A program made the translations under genes and the position numbers. From positions 1 through 38,832 of IMG/VR virus record IMGVR_UViG_3300046779_001880: a stretch of DNA of 38,832 nt. One strand, given 5' to 3'. Within the stretch, counting starts at the first letter, position 1. Every line of letters starts with the position of its first letter. Shown here in pieces: positions 16,580 to 25,523 of the stretch. Source of the DNA: a virus. Taxonomy: Duplodnaviria > Caudoviricetes. The notes under the pieces are model-generated. The model made no database searches and was not told the origin of the DNA. It saw only the letters and a list, made by a program, of their open reading frames with translations.

Positions 16580-16675
16580 TTGGAGATGGTGACAGTAAAA
16601 AGGCATTAGGGTTAGCAATATGCGCTGGGTAGGCTGACGAGCCTATCAAACTAACTCCATCGTTGCCATCTCCAA
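16580..16675 (+). ncRNA. Candidate multi-stem structured RNA
   Basis: 14-bp outer stem TTGGAGATGGTGAC/GTTGCCATCTCCAA, inner GGGTTAG/CTAACTC and GGTAGGCT-GACG-AGCCTATC. Confidence 0.5.
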
Positions 16676-16701
16676 CCTGTTTATAAGTTTTATTTAGAGT
16701 T

Positions 16702-17130
16702 ATGACACCTACCAAAGACACACCAATCATAAACGGAAGTTGGGATAGTCCTGCCCCAAACATGGTGGATAGATGGGCTAAACCTAAAGACACACCACAT
16801 CCGGGTAAAAACATTTTAGTAGATAGAGTAGAATACACACCAAAAGAAACGTTGGAATCTCGTTGGAAAGCATTTCTATTTGACAACAGTATATGTGATG
16901 GAAGCTGTAGTAATCCTGATTGTGGTGGAAAGCAGTTTCCCGAGATACTAGCCTTCATCGCCCAAGAGCTTGAACTCGCCAAGAGAGAAGTGGCAAGAGA
17001 GGTGATAGAGAAAATTAAGGAGTGGACAATAAAAAGTATGTTTCATGGAAATGTTGAAGAGTTGGACTGTCTGAATGAATTACTAGATTTACTCGCCACC
17101 CTGCGAGAGAAGGAGGGAGGGATAAAATGA
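16702..17130 (+). CDS. Hypothetical protein
   Basis: 142 aa with CDGSCSNPDC. Confidence 0.6.
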   Translation: MTPTKDTPIINGSWDSPAPNMVDRWAKPKDTPHPGKNILVDRVEYTPKETLESRWKAFLFDNSICDGSCSNPDCGGKQFPEILAFIAQELELAKREVAREVIEKIKEWTIKSMFHGNVEELDCLNELLDLLATLREKEGGIK

Positions 17131-17420
17131 AATATAGAAAAGTAGAAACAAAATTTGCTGACTTTTGTGGAGGTATAAACCTACCTGTGACATTCAAAGC
17201 TACAGTTGGTAGGAATATTGAGCCATGTGGACTACAAAATGTAGATTTTGATGATGGACTCATTACAAAAAGAAAGGGATTTCGCACATTCAAAGGCATG
17301 GTTAAGATAATGAATGACCTGAACAATAAATACAAAAAGATGAAGATTAGAGGAACTTTTACGATTACTTTACCACTCAGAGGAAGTATGTCCCCCTTAA
17401 CAATTAGTAAAAAGGAGTAG
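17127..17420 (+). CDS. Hypothetical protein
   Basis: SD-like GGAGG upstream, ATGA-coupled. Confidence 0.6.
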   Translation: MKYRKVETKFADFCGGINLPVTFKATVGRNIEPCGLQNVDFDDGLITKRKGFRTFKGMVKIMNDLNNKYKKMKIRGTFTITLPLRGSMSPLTISKKE

Positions 17421-17422
17421 AT

Positions 17423-17617
17423 ATGAAAAAGACACTTAATGATTTAGAAAAAATTAGGATTATCAAGAAAATGTTGATTGATATGCACAGTTCTAATATA
17501 GGAATTGTTATACAAGAGGCTTTTAGGCAGGCTAGGAAAAATATGAAAGTAGAGTCTATAAAGGAGTTAGAGTTGTTGAATCGTTTACTGAATAAATCAA
17601 ATGACCCACGCCATTGA
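17423..17617 (+). CDS. Hypothetical protein
   Basis: AAGGAG upstream. Confidence 0.55.
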   Translation: MKKTLNDLEKIRIIKKMLIDMHSSNIGIVIQEAFRQARKNMKVESIKELELLNRLLNKSNDPRH

Positions 17618-17819
17618 CGTTTATCAAGAAACAGATGGCTTCCTGCTCGTTGCGAGTGGGGATTATTCTGACATTGTTTCAAGACTATCGCAGTATCAAT
17701 ACTCCAAGTATTTCAAAGACATTGCCAAAGTCAGGGCGTATGCCAAGAAGCTCGCAAAGAGAGTGAGAAGGGATTACAAAAACAAGGTAGCAGTTCATTA
17801 TATTGAGCATGTCATATAA
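17601..17819 (+). CDS. Hypothetical protein
   Basis: 72 aa ORF in operon. Confidence 0.55.
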   Translation: MTHAIDVYQETDGFLLVASGDYSDIVSRLSQYQYSKYFKDIAKVRAYAKKLAKRVRRDYKNKVAVHYIEHVI

Positions 17820-18252
17820 AATCATAGTACTATTCATACTCCTTGTGGCCTCTGTGTTCTATTTAGGAAGCGTTGAGCCGAAGGAGTACCCCGCCCCACC
17901 CCCTGCTGTTCTTGATGATGTGAATGAGGATACGCTGTTTGTTCACCTCAACGGATACCGAGGGAATAATAACCTACCCATTCTAACCAAGTCTGATGAA
18001 CTTTGTTCAATCGCACTTATTAGATTAGAGGACATGCAGACAGACTTCTCACATGACAAGTTTTATGAAAGAGTGGCATATGCAAGCTATACCAAAATCG
18101 GTGAAAATCTTAGTCGTGGGTTCATTCATGAGAGTGAGATTATGTCCAAATGGATACACTCTCCCTTGCATAAGGAAAACCTTGACTATCCGTATACTGA
18201 AGCATGTATTAAGTGTGATACACCATATTGTGTTCTATTACTCGCCCACTAA
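17809..18252 (+). CDS. Secreted/membrane-anchored CAP (SCP) domain protein
   Basis: Signal/TM segment; LNGYR..NLPIL..L..IA..FSH..IGENL..WIHSPLHKENL. Confidence 0.85.
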   Translation: MSYKIIVLFILLVASVFYLGSVEPKEYPAPPPAVLDDVNEDTLFVHLNGYRGNNNLPILTKSDELCSIALIRLEDMQTDFSHDKFYERVAYASYTKIGENLSRGFIHESEIMSKWIHSPLHKENLDYPYTEACIKCDTPYCVLLLAH

Positions 18253-18419
18253 TGGACATTGAATCCCTCTACAAAGAAGCTCACTCACTCAAGAACAAAG
18301 GTTTTAATCTTCATGAGATAGCCTCACGATTGAAACTTCCTCCTGTGATTATTCGGATCTGGTTTAAGAGAGCAACTTTAGACGGGAGGTTTAAGCTTAA
18401 ATCACCTAAATCTGCGTAG
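18252..18419 (+). CDS. Small HTH protein
   Basis: KGFNLHEIASRLKLPPVIIRIW. Confidence 0.6.
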   Translation: MDIESLYKEAHSLKNKGFNLHEIASRLKLPPVIIRIWFKRATLDGRFKLKSPKSA

Positions 18420-18537
18420 CCCACCATGCGTTGTAGCTTTTTGCGTCATAAATCGTACCTGCGGGGGCAGAGAGCTGTTCAGCCCATGTGCGCCAGTAGT
18501 CTCTTTCTAATTCAGGAATGATTCTACTTTCGGTCAT
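18406..18537 (-). CDS. 43-aa hypothetical protein
   Basis: MTESRIIPELERDYWRTWAEQ...; ATGA-coupled to 18534-18737. Confidence 0.45.
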   Translation of the reverse strand: MTESRIIPELERDYWRTWAEQLSAPAGTIYDAKSYNAWWATQI

Positions 18538-18737
18538 TTCTGAGGAAGCCTCCCTACTGTTTGCTGTAGCGTCATTTCAAAGGAGCCATGATTGGTGGCT
18601 ACCCATGTTGGTGATACTACGATGCGGAAGCCATGCTTCTCGCACAATGTTTGGTAAGCGTCAACAAAAGACTGAGCTAGTTGAGCTTCGGTCTTTGGAG
18701 TCTCTTGAACCTCAACCGTATCTGGTTGTTTGTCCAT
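18534..18737 (-). CDS. Hypothetical protein (end of late arm)
   Basis: 67 aa; FVDAYQTLCEKHG. Confidence 0.65.
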   Translation of the reverse strand: MDKQPDTVEVQETPKTEAQLAQSFVDAYQTLCEKHGFRIVVSPTWVATNHGSFEMTLQQTVGRLPQK

Positions 18738-18835
18738 AGTTATAAAGAAAATAATAATTAACTTAGGTAACTATCCCTTGACAACAGGTAGATAATGAGC
18801 TATACTTGGCTTGTTATCAAATAAAGGAGGGTTTT

Positions 18836-19075
18836 ATGAACAACCAACTAGACACACGCAACTGGGACGAACTATCCCAAGATGAACAAGAACAGAGAGC
18901 TGATTTTATGGAAGACAGCTCTACTCTGCCACCAGAGGAAATCCTCATCCAGGTAGCAAAGTCTTTTGGAACCGATGAGGTTATCCCAAACGACCAACAG
19001 CTTATGCAGTGGACAATCAACCGCATTGTAAGCGGCGACAGAGCCGTATTAGCTAGAGTGGAGGCACTATGCTAA
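18836..19075 (+). CDS. IS passenger hypothetical protein
   Basis: Strong SD AAGGAGG at 18824-18830. Confidence 0.65.
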   Translation: MNNQLDTRNWDELSQDEQEQRADFMEDSSTLPPEEILIQVAKSFGTDEVIPNDQQLMQWTINRIVSGDRAVLARVEALC

Positions 19076-19410
19076 ACGTCTTTGAAGCACTAAAGAGCGA
19101 GGGGCTTGTCTATCAAGACCCCAATGACCCAAGCGGAAGCACCTGGCTTATGAGTGAGGACGCAGACAAAGTAGTTGAGAAGGTTGAAAAACTAGTCAAC
19201 TACTCTTGGATGATTGGTCGAAGGTATCAGCTTAGTGAGCTTCTTACCAATAAAAGACTCAAAAAACATCAAGGAAGTGGTGGGTTCAAAGAAGTAACAG
19301 ACTTGAGAGCCGAGGGCTACAACCAGGCAATAGATGACTTTGAAGCCTTAGTTCAAAAAGAGGAAGAAGAAGCATTAAAAAGCTATGAAAGACTATATGA
19401 AAAAAACTGA
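19069..19410 (+). CDS. IS passenger hypothetical protein
   Basis: GGAGG SD; overlaps the previous ORF. Confidence 0.65.
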   Translation: MLNVFEALKSEGLVYQDPNDPSGSTWLMSEDADKVVEKVEKLVNYSWMIGRRYQLSELLTNKRLKKHQGSGGFKEVTDLRAEGYNQAIDDFEALVQKEEEEALKSYERLYEKN

Positions 19411-19648
19411 CGAAATAAAAGAAGTCAAAGGAGAAGATATTGAAAGTGGTGTAGTCTACTGCGTGAGTCCTGAGGTTCAAGAGCTAACTAAAGACATCCC
19501 TTGTCCTTGGTGTCCAGCAAAAGAAGGACAACCTTGTTATATTCAGATACCAGCAGAAGAACAAGAGTTGTTGCATAAAAACTATCGACCAGGCAGTGAC
19601 TATATACCTGAGAGGATACATCTGGCTAGATGGAAAAACAAAAAATGA
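19397..19648 (+). CDS. IS passenger small zinc-finger protein
   Basis: CPWCPAKEGQPC...HLAR. Confidence 0.6.
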   Translation: MKKTDEIKEVKGEDIESGVVYCVSPEVQELTKDIPCPWCPAKEGQPCYIQIPAEEQELLHKNYRPGSDYIPERIHLARWKNKK

Positions 19649-20273
19649 AACACTACTCACTCAAGCAACTCCGCAAGGAGTTCAATACCGACAGTAAATG
19701 CCTCCAAGCGATGTTTGATTACCGCTATGGCAAGTCCTGGGCGTGTCCTAAGTGCCAAAAAACGGGTAAGTTCTACCTAATTGAGTCTCGCAAGCGGTTT
19801 GACTGTTCGTGCGGTTTTACGGTGTCTCCGCTCTCTGGAACGATATTCCACAAGTCAGATACCCCACTCACGCTCTGGTTTCATGCCATGTTCTTGTTTG
19901 CCTCGAGTCGTAACGGGGTGGCTGCAAAAGAGTTAGAACGCCAGCTTGGAGTGACCTACAAGACAGCATGGCGAATGGCGAAGCAGATTAGAAAGCTATT
20001 CGCCCAAATGAAAACCCCGTTATCTGGAACAGTTGAGCTGGATGAAACCTACATGGGTGGCAAGCAGAAGGGGAAGCGTGGTCGTGGAGCTGACAAGAAA
20101 ACGCCAGTTTTCGGCATGGTTGAGCGTCAAGGTGGGGGCAAGAGCCGAGGTGGTTGAGAACGTCAAAATCAGGACTATCCAACCCATCATCAATGCTTCG
20201 GTTGCCAAGGGCAGTCAGGTAATGACGGATGAGTTCAACATTTACAACAAGGTCAAAGAGAATGGTTATGATC
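19645..20273 (+). pseudogene. IS1595-family (ISXO2-like DDE) transposase, frameshifted and 3'-truncated
   Basis: Zn ribbon CPKC..CSC, GTIFH, LERQLGVTYKTAWRM, VELDETY; extra G in the run at 20134-20138; second frame gives MTDEF..GYD then homology ends; final catalytic segment absent. Confidence 0.9.
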
Positions 20274-20578
20274 GCATTCTCATAAACATACCAAGCAGTT
20301 TCCGACTCGGTATCGAATTTCCACAGCCAATGTATCCACTTGGTCGTGTTGGGCATGACCCATGTAAAGTCTAGGACTTGATTGATTGATAAATCCTGCA
20401 CCCCAACAACAAAGAAATGACTGCCCGAATGTATCTCATGGTGAGCATAATCAATAGTTTGAATCGAGTTTGTAGCTTTATCTAGTCGCAAAGGTTGAAA
20501 CGTAGCGTCAGACGACCTGTAACCATAGATTCTTACAGACGCATCTGAGTACGGATAAGGTTGTGGTGCTATTTGCAT
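20270..20578 (-). pseudogene. 3'-truncated virion/tail-associated gene (MQIAPQ...YENAI)
   Basis: TIDYAHHEIHSGSHF; after 20270 the frame merely reads the antisense strand of the transposase to 19988. Confidence 0.6.
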
Positions 20579-20580
20579 AT

Positions 20581-22032
20581 TTAGAAAACCATAATTCTTC
20601 TTAAATTCGTTGATGTTGAACCTAGTTGATATATCCAATAAATGACTTTGCTTTCTGACAGATAGTGAATCCACATCTTGTTTCCTATCACAGCAGCTCC
20701 GTTAAGATAGAAGTCAGTAGCCAGAGTTTTCATGTTGTTTTCAATCAGGTTGAATCTATATGTTTTCTGAGCCACTGTTGCTGAACCCTCTTTGGATATG
20801 AATAGAAAGTTGCCAGCCCAGTCGGTTGAACTACCTGCGGCAAAAGTAGCAAGTAAAGGACTGTAAGCTATGACCCCCCATGCACCTGCCCCATTCGTAC
20901 CGCCTGATATGTCAAACCTATCAAGTACCGCAGTTCCACCTCTGAGAGAGTAAATGTATCTTCCATCCCTAATATCGGTAATATCTGCCCATGTTGCATC
21001 ACCTGTCTTACCTACGAAGTCTGCACTCATACCTGCCACCGCTGCACCTGCTCTGGCGGTAGTCGGGGCTACTGTCGCCCACGAGTTAGCCGAGATTGAA
21101 TACTTATACATTGTTACTGCGTTGTTTCCAAGCAAATAAATAGCGTTCTCATCGCCCTCGATAACGTAGGTAGAGGTGGCATCTATAGTTGCTCCACTAG
21201 CAAAAACCAGTCCTGTGGCGGTGTTATCGGTAATGACTCTTATTTGACCCTGACCAGTTCCACCAGTTATTCTGACTTGGTAGTTAATCCATTGGTCATT
21301 AGTCCATGCCTTTGTTGAGTCAACAAGTGTGGTGGCGCTTCCTGATGTAGCCGTGCCTGAGTCGTAAGATTCTCCTAATATTCCAGGAGTGACCATTCTG
21401 CCATCAGTCCCCCACGATGCTGGGAGTCCAGTCTGTGTGCAAGAAGTCCATGTACCTGTAGCAATGTCATATTTTCTAAATGAAGTAGCCCCCAAAGTAC
21501 CAGGCATAAGCGCAAAGAACGTACCCGAAGAAACTCTGAAAGTATCATTGTTTGCTACTGATGTCACAGGAGAGTCTAAAGTTAAAGTGATTGTTCCTGT
21601 TGCTAGACCAGGGTGTTTGATTGCTGTAACGGTTCTTCTGAGTCCAATATTACCAGCCGTACCTGATAGAAACTCAACAGTCGCACCAACCACAAATCCC
21701 TTTATATTGTGTACAGCTGCATTGATGGTGATGGTTGTTGTCGAGCCACCTGTAGCGGTGTATGTCGATGACCAGTCGCTAAAACACCCACACGCCCCAG
21801 CTGCTATAGCTGTTCCAAACGCACCTGATTCAATCTGCAACCAGTCGTCATTATTGTGGTCATATAGTTGATGTACAGTGGCCGATACCATAAATAGTGA
21901 AAATCTACGAGTGTTTGAGTTGTCGTGAATAACAAACGTACCTGCTGCCGAAGCATTGAGAGCAGGAGTCATGGTCTGCCATTCCATTCTGTGAAGGGTT
22001 GGTTTATTGTTTTGGGTTTCGGTGTATGACAT
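20581..22032 (-). CDS. Tail fibre/receptor-binding protein with Kelch-like beta-propeller repeats
   Basis: KYDIATGTWT, KYSISANSWA, RFDISG repeats; GTATSGSATTLVDSTKAWTNDQW insertion; Thr/Gly-rich. Confidence 0.65.
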   Translation of the reverse strand: MSYTETQNNKPTLHRMEWQTMTPALNASAAGTFVIHDNSNTRRFSLFMVSATVHQLYDHNNDDWLQIESGAFGTAIAAGACGCFSDWSSTYTATGGSTTTITINAAVHNIKGFVVGATVEFLSGTAGNIGLRRTVTAIKHPGLATGTITLTLDSPVTSVANNDTFRVSSGTFFALMPGTLGATSFRKYDIATGTWTSCTQTGLPASWGTDGRMVTPGILGESYDSGTATSGSATTLVDSTKAWTNDQWINYQVRITGGTGQGQIRVITDNTATGLVFASGATIDATSTYVIEGDENAIYLLGNNAVTMYKYSISANSWATVAPTTARAGAAVAGMSADFVGKTGDATWADITDIRDGRYIYSLRGGTAVLDRFDISGGTNGAGAWGVIAYSPLLATFAAGSSTDWAGNFLFISKEGSATVAQKTYRFNLIENNMKTLATDFYLNGAAVIGNKMWIHYLSESKVIYWIYQLGSTSTNLRRIMVF

Positions 22033-22033
22033 A

Positions 22034-22345
22034 TTAGGTTGTTATTACAACATTATTAATATTTGATTGAACAGCTGCGATGTTTTCCGTAGCAACTCTG
22101 GTTGTATACATAACTCCGCCTACATTCTTTTCAGCGATTGATTGTGCTGATGTCATAGGTCCCGTAACAGCAGTTGATGGCACTGTTGTTTGAGTGACAC
22201 GAAGCTGTGCTGTATTAGCCATAGCACCTGCGAGTGGAGCAAGTCGTTGGACTAACTCCTGCAAAGTTTCATTGAGAACCTTGATGTCGGTATCTACGAC
22301 CCTTTTACGCCCTCCTTCATGTTCGGCATAATCCATGTCGCTCAT
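22034..22345 (-). CDS. Hypothetical (tail-associated) protein
   Basis: Likely start MSDMDY; adjacent to the RBP. Confidence 0.6.
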   Translation of the reverse strand: MSDMDYAEHEGGRKRVVDTDIKVLNETLQELVQRLAPLAGAMANTAQLRVTQTTVPSTAVTGPMTSAQSIAEKNVGGVMYTTRVATENIAAVQSNINNVVITT

Positions 22346-22346
22346 A

Positions 22347-22592
22347 TTATTTCCCTGATTGATAACGTCTGAAAAAGTCAACTGCACGATTGAGAACCCA
22401 GACCACAACCGCAGTCTTGGTGGCTTCGTTTGGCACAAAATCAGCAAAACTCATAGTGTGTGAGGGTTCGGTGATCAGTGTTAAAACGGAAACAAGATAA
22501 ATTAGGATAACAGGGGCTGTGAACCATAAGGCGTTTTGAATGAATGCGTTAAAGTCATTGGCGCTAAACTGCCAGCGATGAGATGGTTGCAT
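22347..22592 (-). CDS. Putative holin
   Basis: 81 aa, two hydrophobic segments, basic C-terminus; in the lysis cassette. Confidence 0.6.
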   Translation of the reverse strand: MQPSHRWQFSANDFNAFIQNALWFTAPVILIYLVSVLTLITEPSHTMSFADFVPNEATKTAVVVWVLNRAVDFFRRYQSGK

Positions 22593-22619
22593 AGAATGAA
22601 AATAAATTATGTAATGTGT

Positions 22620-22874
22620 TTATATTGCTAGTAATAGTAATTTATCAATCGGCAACTTCATTCCTGAAATATAGCTCAAGAGAACAAGTGCAAGCACAGC
22701 GACACTAATCGTCAAAAGACGAATGGTGATGTTGTGTTTTTCCACTCGTTCAGCCAGCCTTTGTGTGGTTTTCGCAGACTCCGAGATTGAAAGGTCTAGC
22801 TTGTCAAACTTCTGGTTTAGACTTGAGAACCTTTCATTTATGAGGGTTTCAAAATATCCAAAATCGCCTTTCAT
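22620..22874 (-). CDS. Coiled-coil protein with C-terminal TM (holin/XhlA-like)
   Basis: Start MKGDFG by ATGA coupling; heptad pattern then LLTISVAVLALVLLSYI. Confidence 0.55.
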   Translation of the reverse strand: MKGDFGYFETLINERFSSLNQKFDKLDLSISESAKTTQRLAERVEKHNITIRLLTISVAVLALVLLSYISGMKLPIDKLLLLAI

Positions 22875-23014
22875 TTGTGTTTTTGCAACTGCCGATAGAG
22901 TTCTGTGTTTGCCTTGTACAGCGAAGCCAGATACTCTTTTATGAGCTTTTTCAATGCCTTGAACTCTGCCTTGACGATTTTGATTTCCTGTGCGGGGTCG
23001 CATGGTTCTGACAT
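22871..23014 (-). CDS. 47-aa helical protein in the lysis cassette
   Basis: MSEPCDPAQEIKIVKAEFKALKKLIKEYLASLYKANTELYRQLQKHK; starts 1 nt after the amidase stop, ATGA overlap downstream. Confidence 0.5.
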   Translation of the reverse strand: MSEPCDPAQEIKIVKAEFKALKKLIKEYLASLYKANTELYRQLQKHK

Positions 23015-23015
23015 A

Positions 23016-23786
23016 CTAATTTACGATAACTTGTATTTGTGATAACTTATCTCGCAGTCTATCTCGTTCTTCGGTGACTTTTTTAAGGCTTTCTGACCTC
23101 TCCCCTGCTTCTTTCTCTAAAGTTAGCACTCTAGCCTTTAGACTGCTATTTTCTAAGGCAGTCATTGAGCATTTCTCATGCTCTTTTTTTAGGGCTTCAA
23201 GCTGTGCTTTGCAGGTATCGGGTGGTTTGGGAGCTACATAGCCAAACGCCTTGCGTATGCCCTCTCTGATACCCTTTGCTACCCTCTGTGTGTCTGCGAG
23301 TATAACCTTATCATGTGCGTCATGAAGCACCCCACATTCCAATAGAACACAAGGAGTCTTGGCTGATAGTGATTTCCATAGGTAATAATAGCGTGTATTC
23401 TTGTTTGACCTTTCGGGTTTGTTCACTATCCCTGTTTCGGGGAAGTATCTGTCTGTAATGGCTTTGGCAATTCTCTGACTTTCTTTTGTTGCCCCGTCTG
23501 TTGAGGGTTCAGGGAAGTCTGCAAATCCTCCGCCTGTGCCATAAATATCAGCGTCAGCGTGTATTGCGAGAGCTAAATCCCAATCCTGATTGCATAGGTT
23601 TGGTTTACAGTTTGTGTTAGCGTCATCGAGGTGTGTTGAATGTCCATCTTCTTGAAGTAGCTTCTCAAGCGCCATACCTATTCGCCAATTAAAATCCGCC
23701 TCACCAGGCGCACCTGTACCGCTTCGTAATGAAGCTACGCAATTATGTTTTATTTCCCAATGGCCACAATGGATTAAGATTTTCAT
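23016..23786 (-). CDS. Endolysin: N-acetylmuramoyl-L-alanine amidase (Amidase_3) with C-terminal coiled coil
   Basis: ILIHCGH, GEADFN, LAIHAD, VLLECG zinc/catalytic residues. Confidence 0.85.
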   Translation of the reverse strand: MKILIHCGHWEIKHNCVASLRSGTGAPGEADFNWRIGMALEKLLQEDGHSTHLDDANTNCKPNLCNQDWDLALAIHADADIYGTGGGFADFPEPSTDGATKESQRIAKAITDRYFPETGIVNKPERSNKNTRYYYLWKSLSAKTPCVLLECGVLHDAHDKVILADTQRVAKGIREGIRKAFGYVAPKPPDTCKAQLEALKKEHEKCSMTALENSSLKARVLTLEKEAGERSESLKKVTEERDRLRDKLSQIQVIVN

Positions 23787-23789
23787 AGG

Positions 23790-25463
23790 TTAAAGTTCAG
23801 CGTCTACTGACCAATGGAAAATAATTTCATTATTTGATATACCAGTAAGATTCCCAGCAGAATTGTTATACACACAGAATCCCATCATTGAAGAATTTAT
23901 AGGTACTCCGGAGTTTGCAGCTTGGTCAGTCCCTCCGTTATTAGATACCCTACTAGTATTGGTTGGGGTCGTGTATGGATAAACCACTGGAGTCGCATCT
24001 GTTCTTTTTTTGACCTTATAAGTGATATACCCATATCTCTGCCCATTTGCGATTGTCGCAAAAGTAGAAGATGGTGGAGTTAATACAGTGTATAAGCCAT
24101 TACTTCCTGTTGGAACTGTTACGCCATAAGAATAACTTGTTTCGTAATACCTCATACAATCCTGTAGCTCCTGATTAAAGCTCTTCGGTTGGAAGGGGAG
24201 AGCTACATCACCTGCACAGAGTTGCAATCCAGTAAATGATATGTTCCCTGAGCCTATCCAGGTCTCAGCTACGGTATCTCCTACTTCTGAAGCCTTAGTA
24301 GAGCCATATTGAGGTCTAAATCTAAACTCTAAGTAATCATCGTTAGCTGTGCCAAATGTCTTACCAGCTAGAGTGTTTGTTGTGAATGTGTGCGTATACA
24401 AAGTCCAAGTCGATGTGAGTGTGAACTTTGTACCTGTTATTGTTTCAACTGCTGAAGGAGTACCACCAGTTCCATATCTCTGAGTACAGAATATACCTAG
24501 TTTCTTGTTTGCTATATCTGATTTTGCCCAGAACGAGACCGTTACTTTTTTATCAAGCCCGCACAAGTATCTTGTTCCGCCTTCTATTGTCTGTCCTACA
24601 TCGTAATACGAGTCGTTGCCATATCCGCTTCCTGCTCCGTTAGTATTTATGTTGTAGTAATAATAAAGACCTTGTATATCTCCAGGCGTTAGGGTTGCTT
24701 GAGTATGTACAAGTGTTGGTGCTGTCCCTCCGTCAAGTGCAAAAATAGTCTTATATCTATCCAAAGTAAAAGTTGCGCTCGCAGGTGCAGAAAACGAGAG
24801 ACCTCGTTGAGCTACAAGCATCCCACTGTTCATTATGGATTGGCGGGACATTGAGCTATTAGCGTAGGGAGCTACTGCAAGTGAGGTTGTGTATTTAGCA
24901 TCATCTGTTCCTGTTGCTACCTCTGTTGCAGTTGCCTTAGCTGTTGGAATATCACTATCTGCAATAGCTTTAGGTGTCACTATCTTTGCATCTTCGCTCC
25001 CTGTGGTTATTTCTGCACCAGTCGCTTTGAGGGTTGTAACTAAAGTGGATTTGTGGGTTCCGTCTGCGTTGTGTTCTGCGGTGAGAACGACCTTATGGGT
25101 TCCATCCTGATTATGTTCGGCAAGTCCCCAGTCAACCATGTCATTGAGATCGTCTGCATTCCAGACCATCTCTATTACCGCACCTCCTGAGTGTGCCTGC
25201 TCTGTAGTGCCATCCACCCCACGAACATAGGATGTGAGGTTTCCACCAGAAATTACGCCAGTAATCCTTTCAAGTTTGGCCGGCGTTGCGACACCACTTG
25301 AGTCTACTCTGTCTATGGTGATAGTGATGGCAGTATCAGTCGGGAGTCCGGCAACTGAGGCAGGTGTGATGGTGTCACTCGTACCTGTTCCGATACCTGT
25401 TGATAATGTGGTTGAGAATAGACTTTTTGACTTCTTTAATAAGTCTGTGTTTAGGGCTGGCAT
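23790..25463 (-). CDS. Tail fibre/spike with carbohydrate-binding-like C-terminal domain
   Basis: N-terminal RGVDGT..AHSGGA anchor; IMNSGMLVAQRG..DRY..VTVSFWAKS..ELQDCMRYYE domain. Confidence 0.75.
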   Translation of the reverse strand: MPALNTDLLKKSKSLFSTTLSTGIGTGTSDTITPASVAGLPTDTAITITIDRVDSSGVATPAKLERITGVISGGNLTSYVRGVDGTTEQAHSGGAVIEMVWNADDLNDMVDWGLAEHNQDGTHKVVLTAEHNADGTHKSTLVTTLKATGAEITTGSEDAKIVTPKAIADSDIPTAKATATEVATGTDDAKYTTSLAVAPYANSSMSRQSIMNSGMLVAQRGLSFSAPASATFTLDRYKTIFALDGGTAPTLVHTQATLTPGDIQGLYYYYNINTNGAGSGYGNDSYYDVGQTIEGGTRYLCGLDKKVTVSFWAKSDIANKKLGIFCTQRYGTGGTPSAVETITGTKFTLTSTWTLYTHTFTTNTLAGKTFGTANDDYLEFRFRPQYGSTKASEVGDTVAETWIGSGNISFTGLQLCAGDVALPFQPKSFNQELQDCMRYYETSYSYGVTVPTGSNGLYTVLTPPSSTFATIANGQRYGYITYKVKKRTDATPVVYPYTTPTNTSRVSNNGGTDQAANSGVPINSSMMGFCVYNNSAGNLTGISNNEIIFHWSVDAEL

Positions 25464-25523
25464 AGGTTAAAAAGATAAATAATTGCTATTGATTTGTATC
25501 CATGTGGTTGGTATATTTACTCT

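Larger units (their letters stand above)
18766..20273 (+). mobile_element. Truncated IS1595-family element with three passenger genes
   Basis: Probable left end GGTAACTATCCC(TTGACA), internal promoter TTGACA-17-TATACT, passengers, ISXO2-like transposase; no right end seen. Confidence 0.7.

Noticed and set aside
16569-16982. 137-aa minus-strand ORF and the many other short antisense ORFs in the track
   Set aside because: They overlap better-supported genes or RNA structure on the opposite strand and show no motifs
20131-20157. Programmed frameshift in the transposase
   Set aside because: A single extra G in a G run, no clear slippery heptamer or stimulator, and the gene is truncated anyway; mutation or sequencing error is more likely
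19988-20674. 228-aa ORF as a genuine full gene
   Set aside because: The 5' extension overlaps the upstream gene and the last ~90 codons are antisense transposase sequence; only 20578-20270 looks real
22875-23003. N-terminal extension MRPRTG.. of ORF 22620-23003
   Set aside because: An alternative-frame 47-aa ORF with tight coupling explains this stretch; the downstream gene likely starts at 22874
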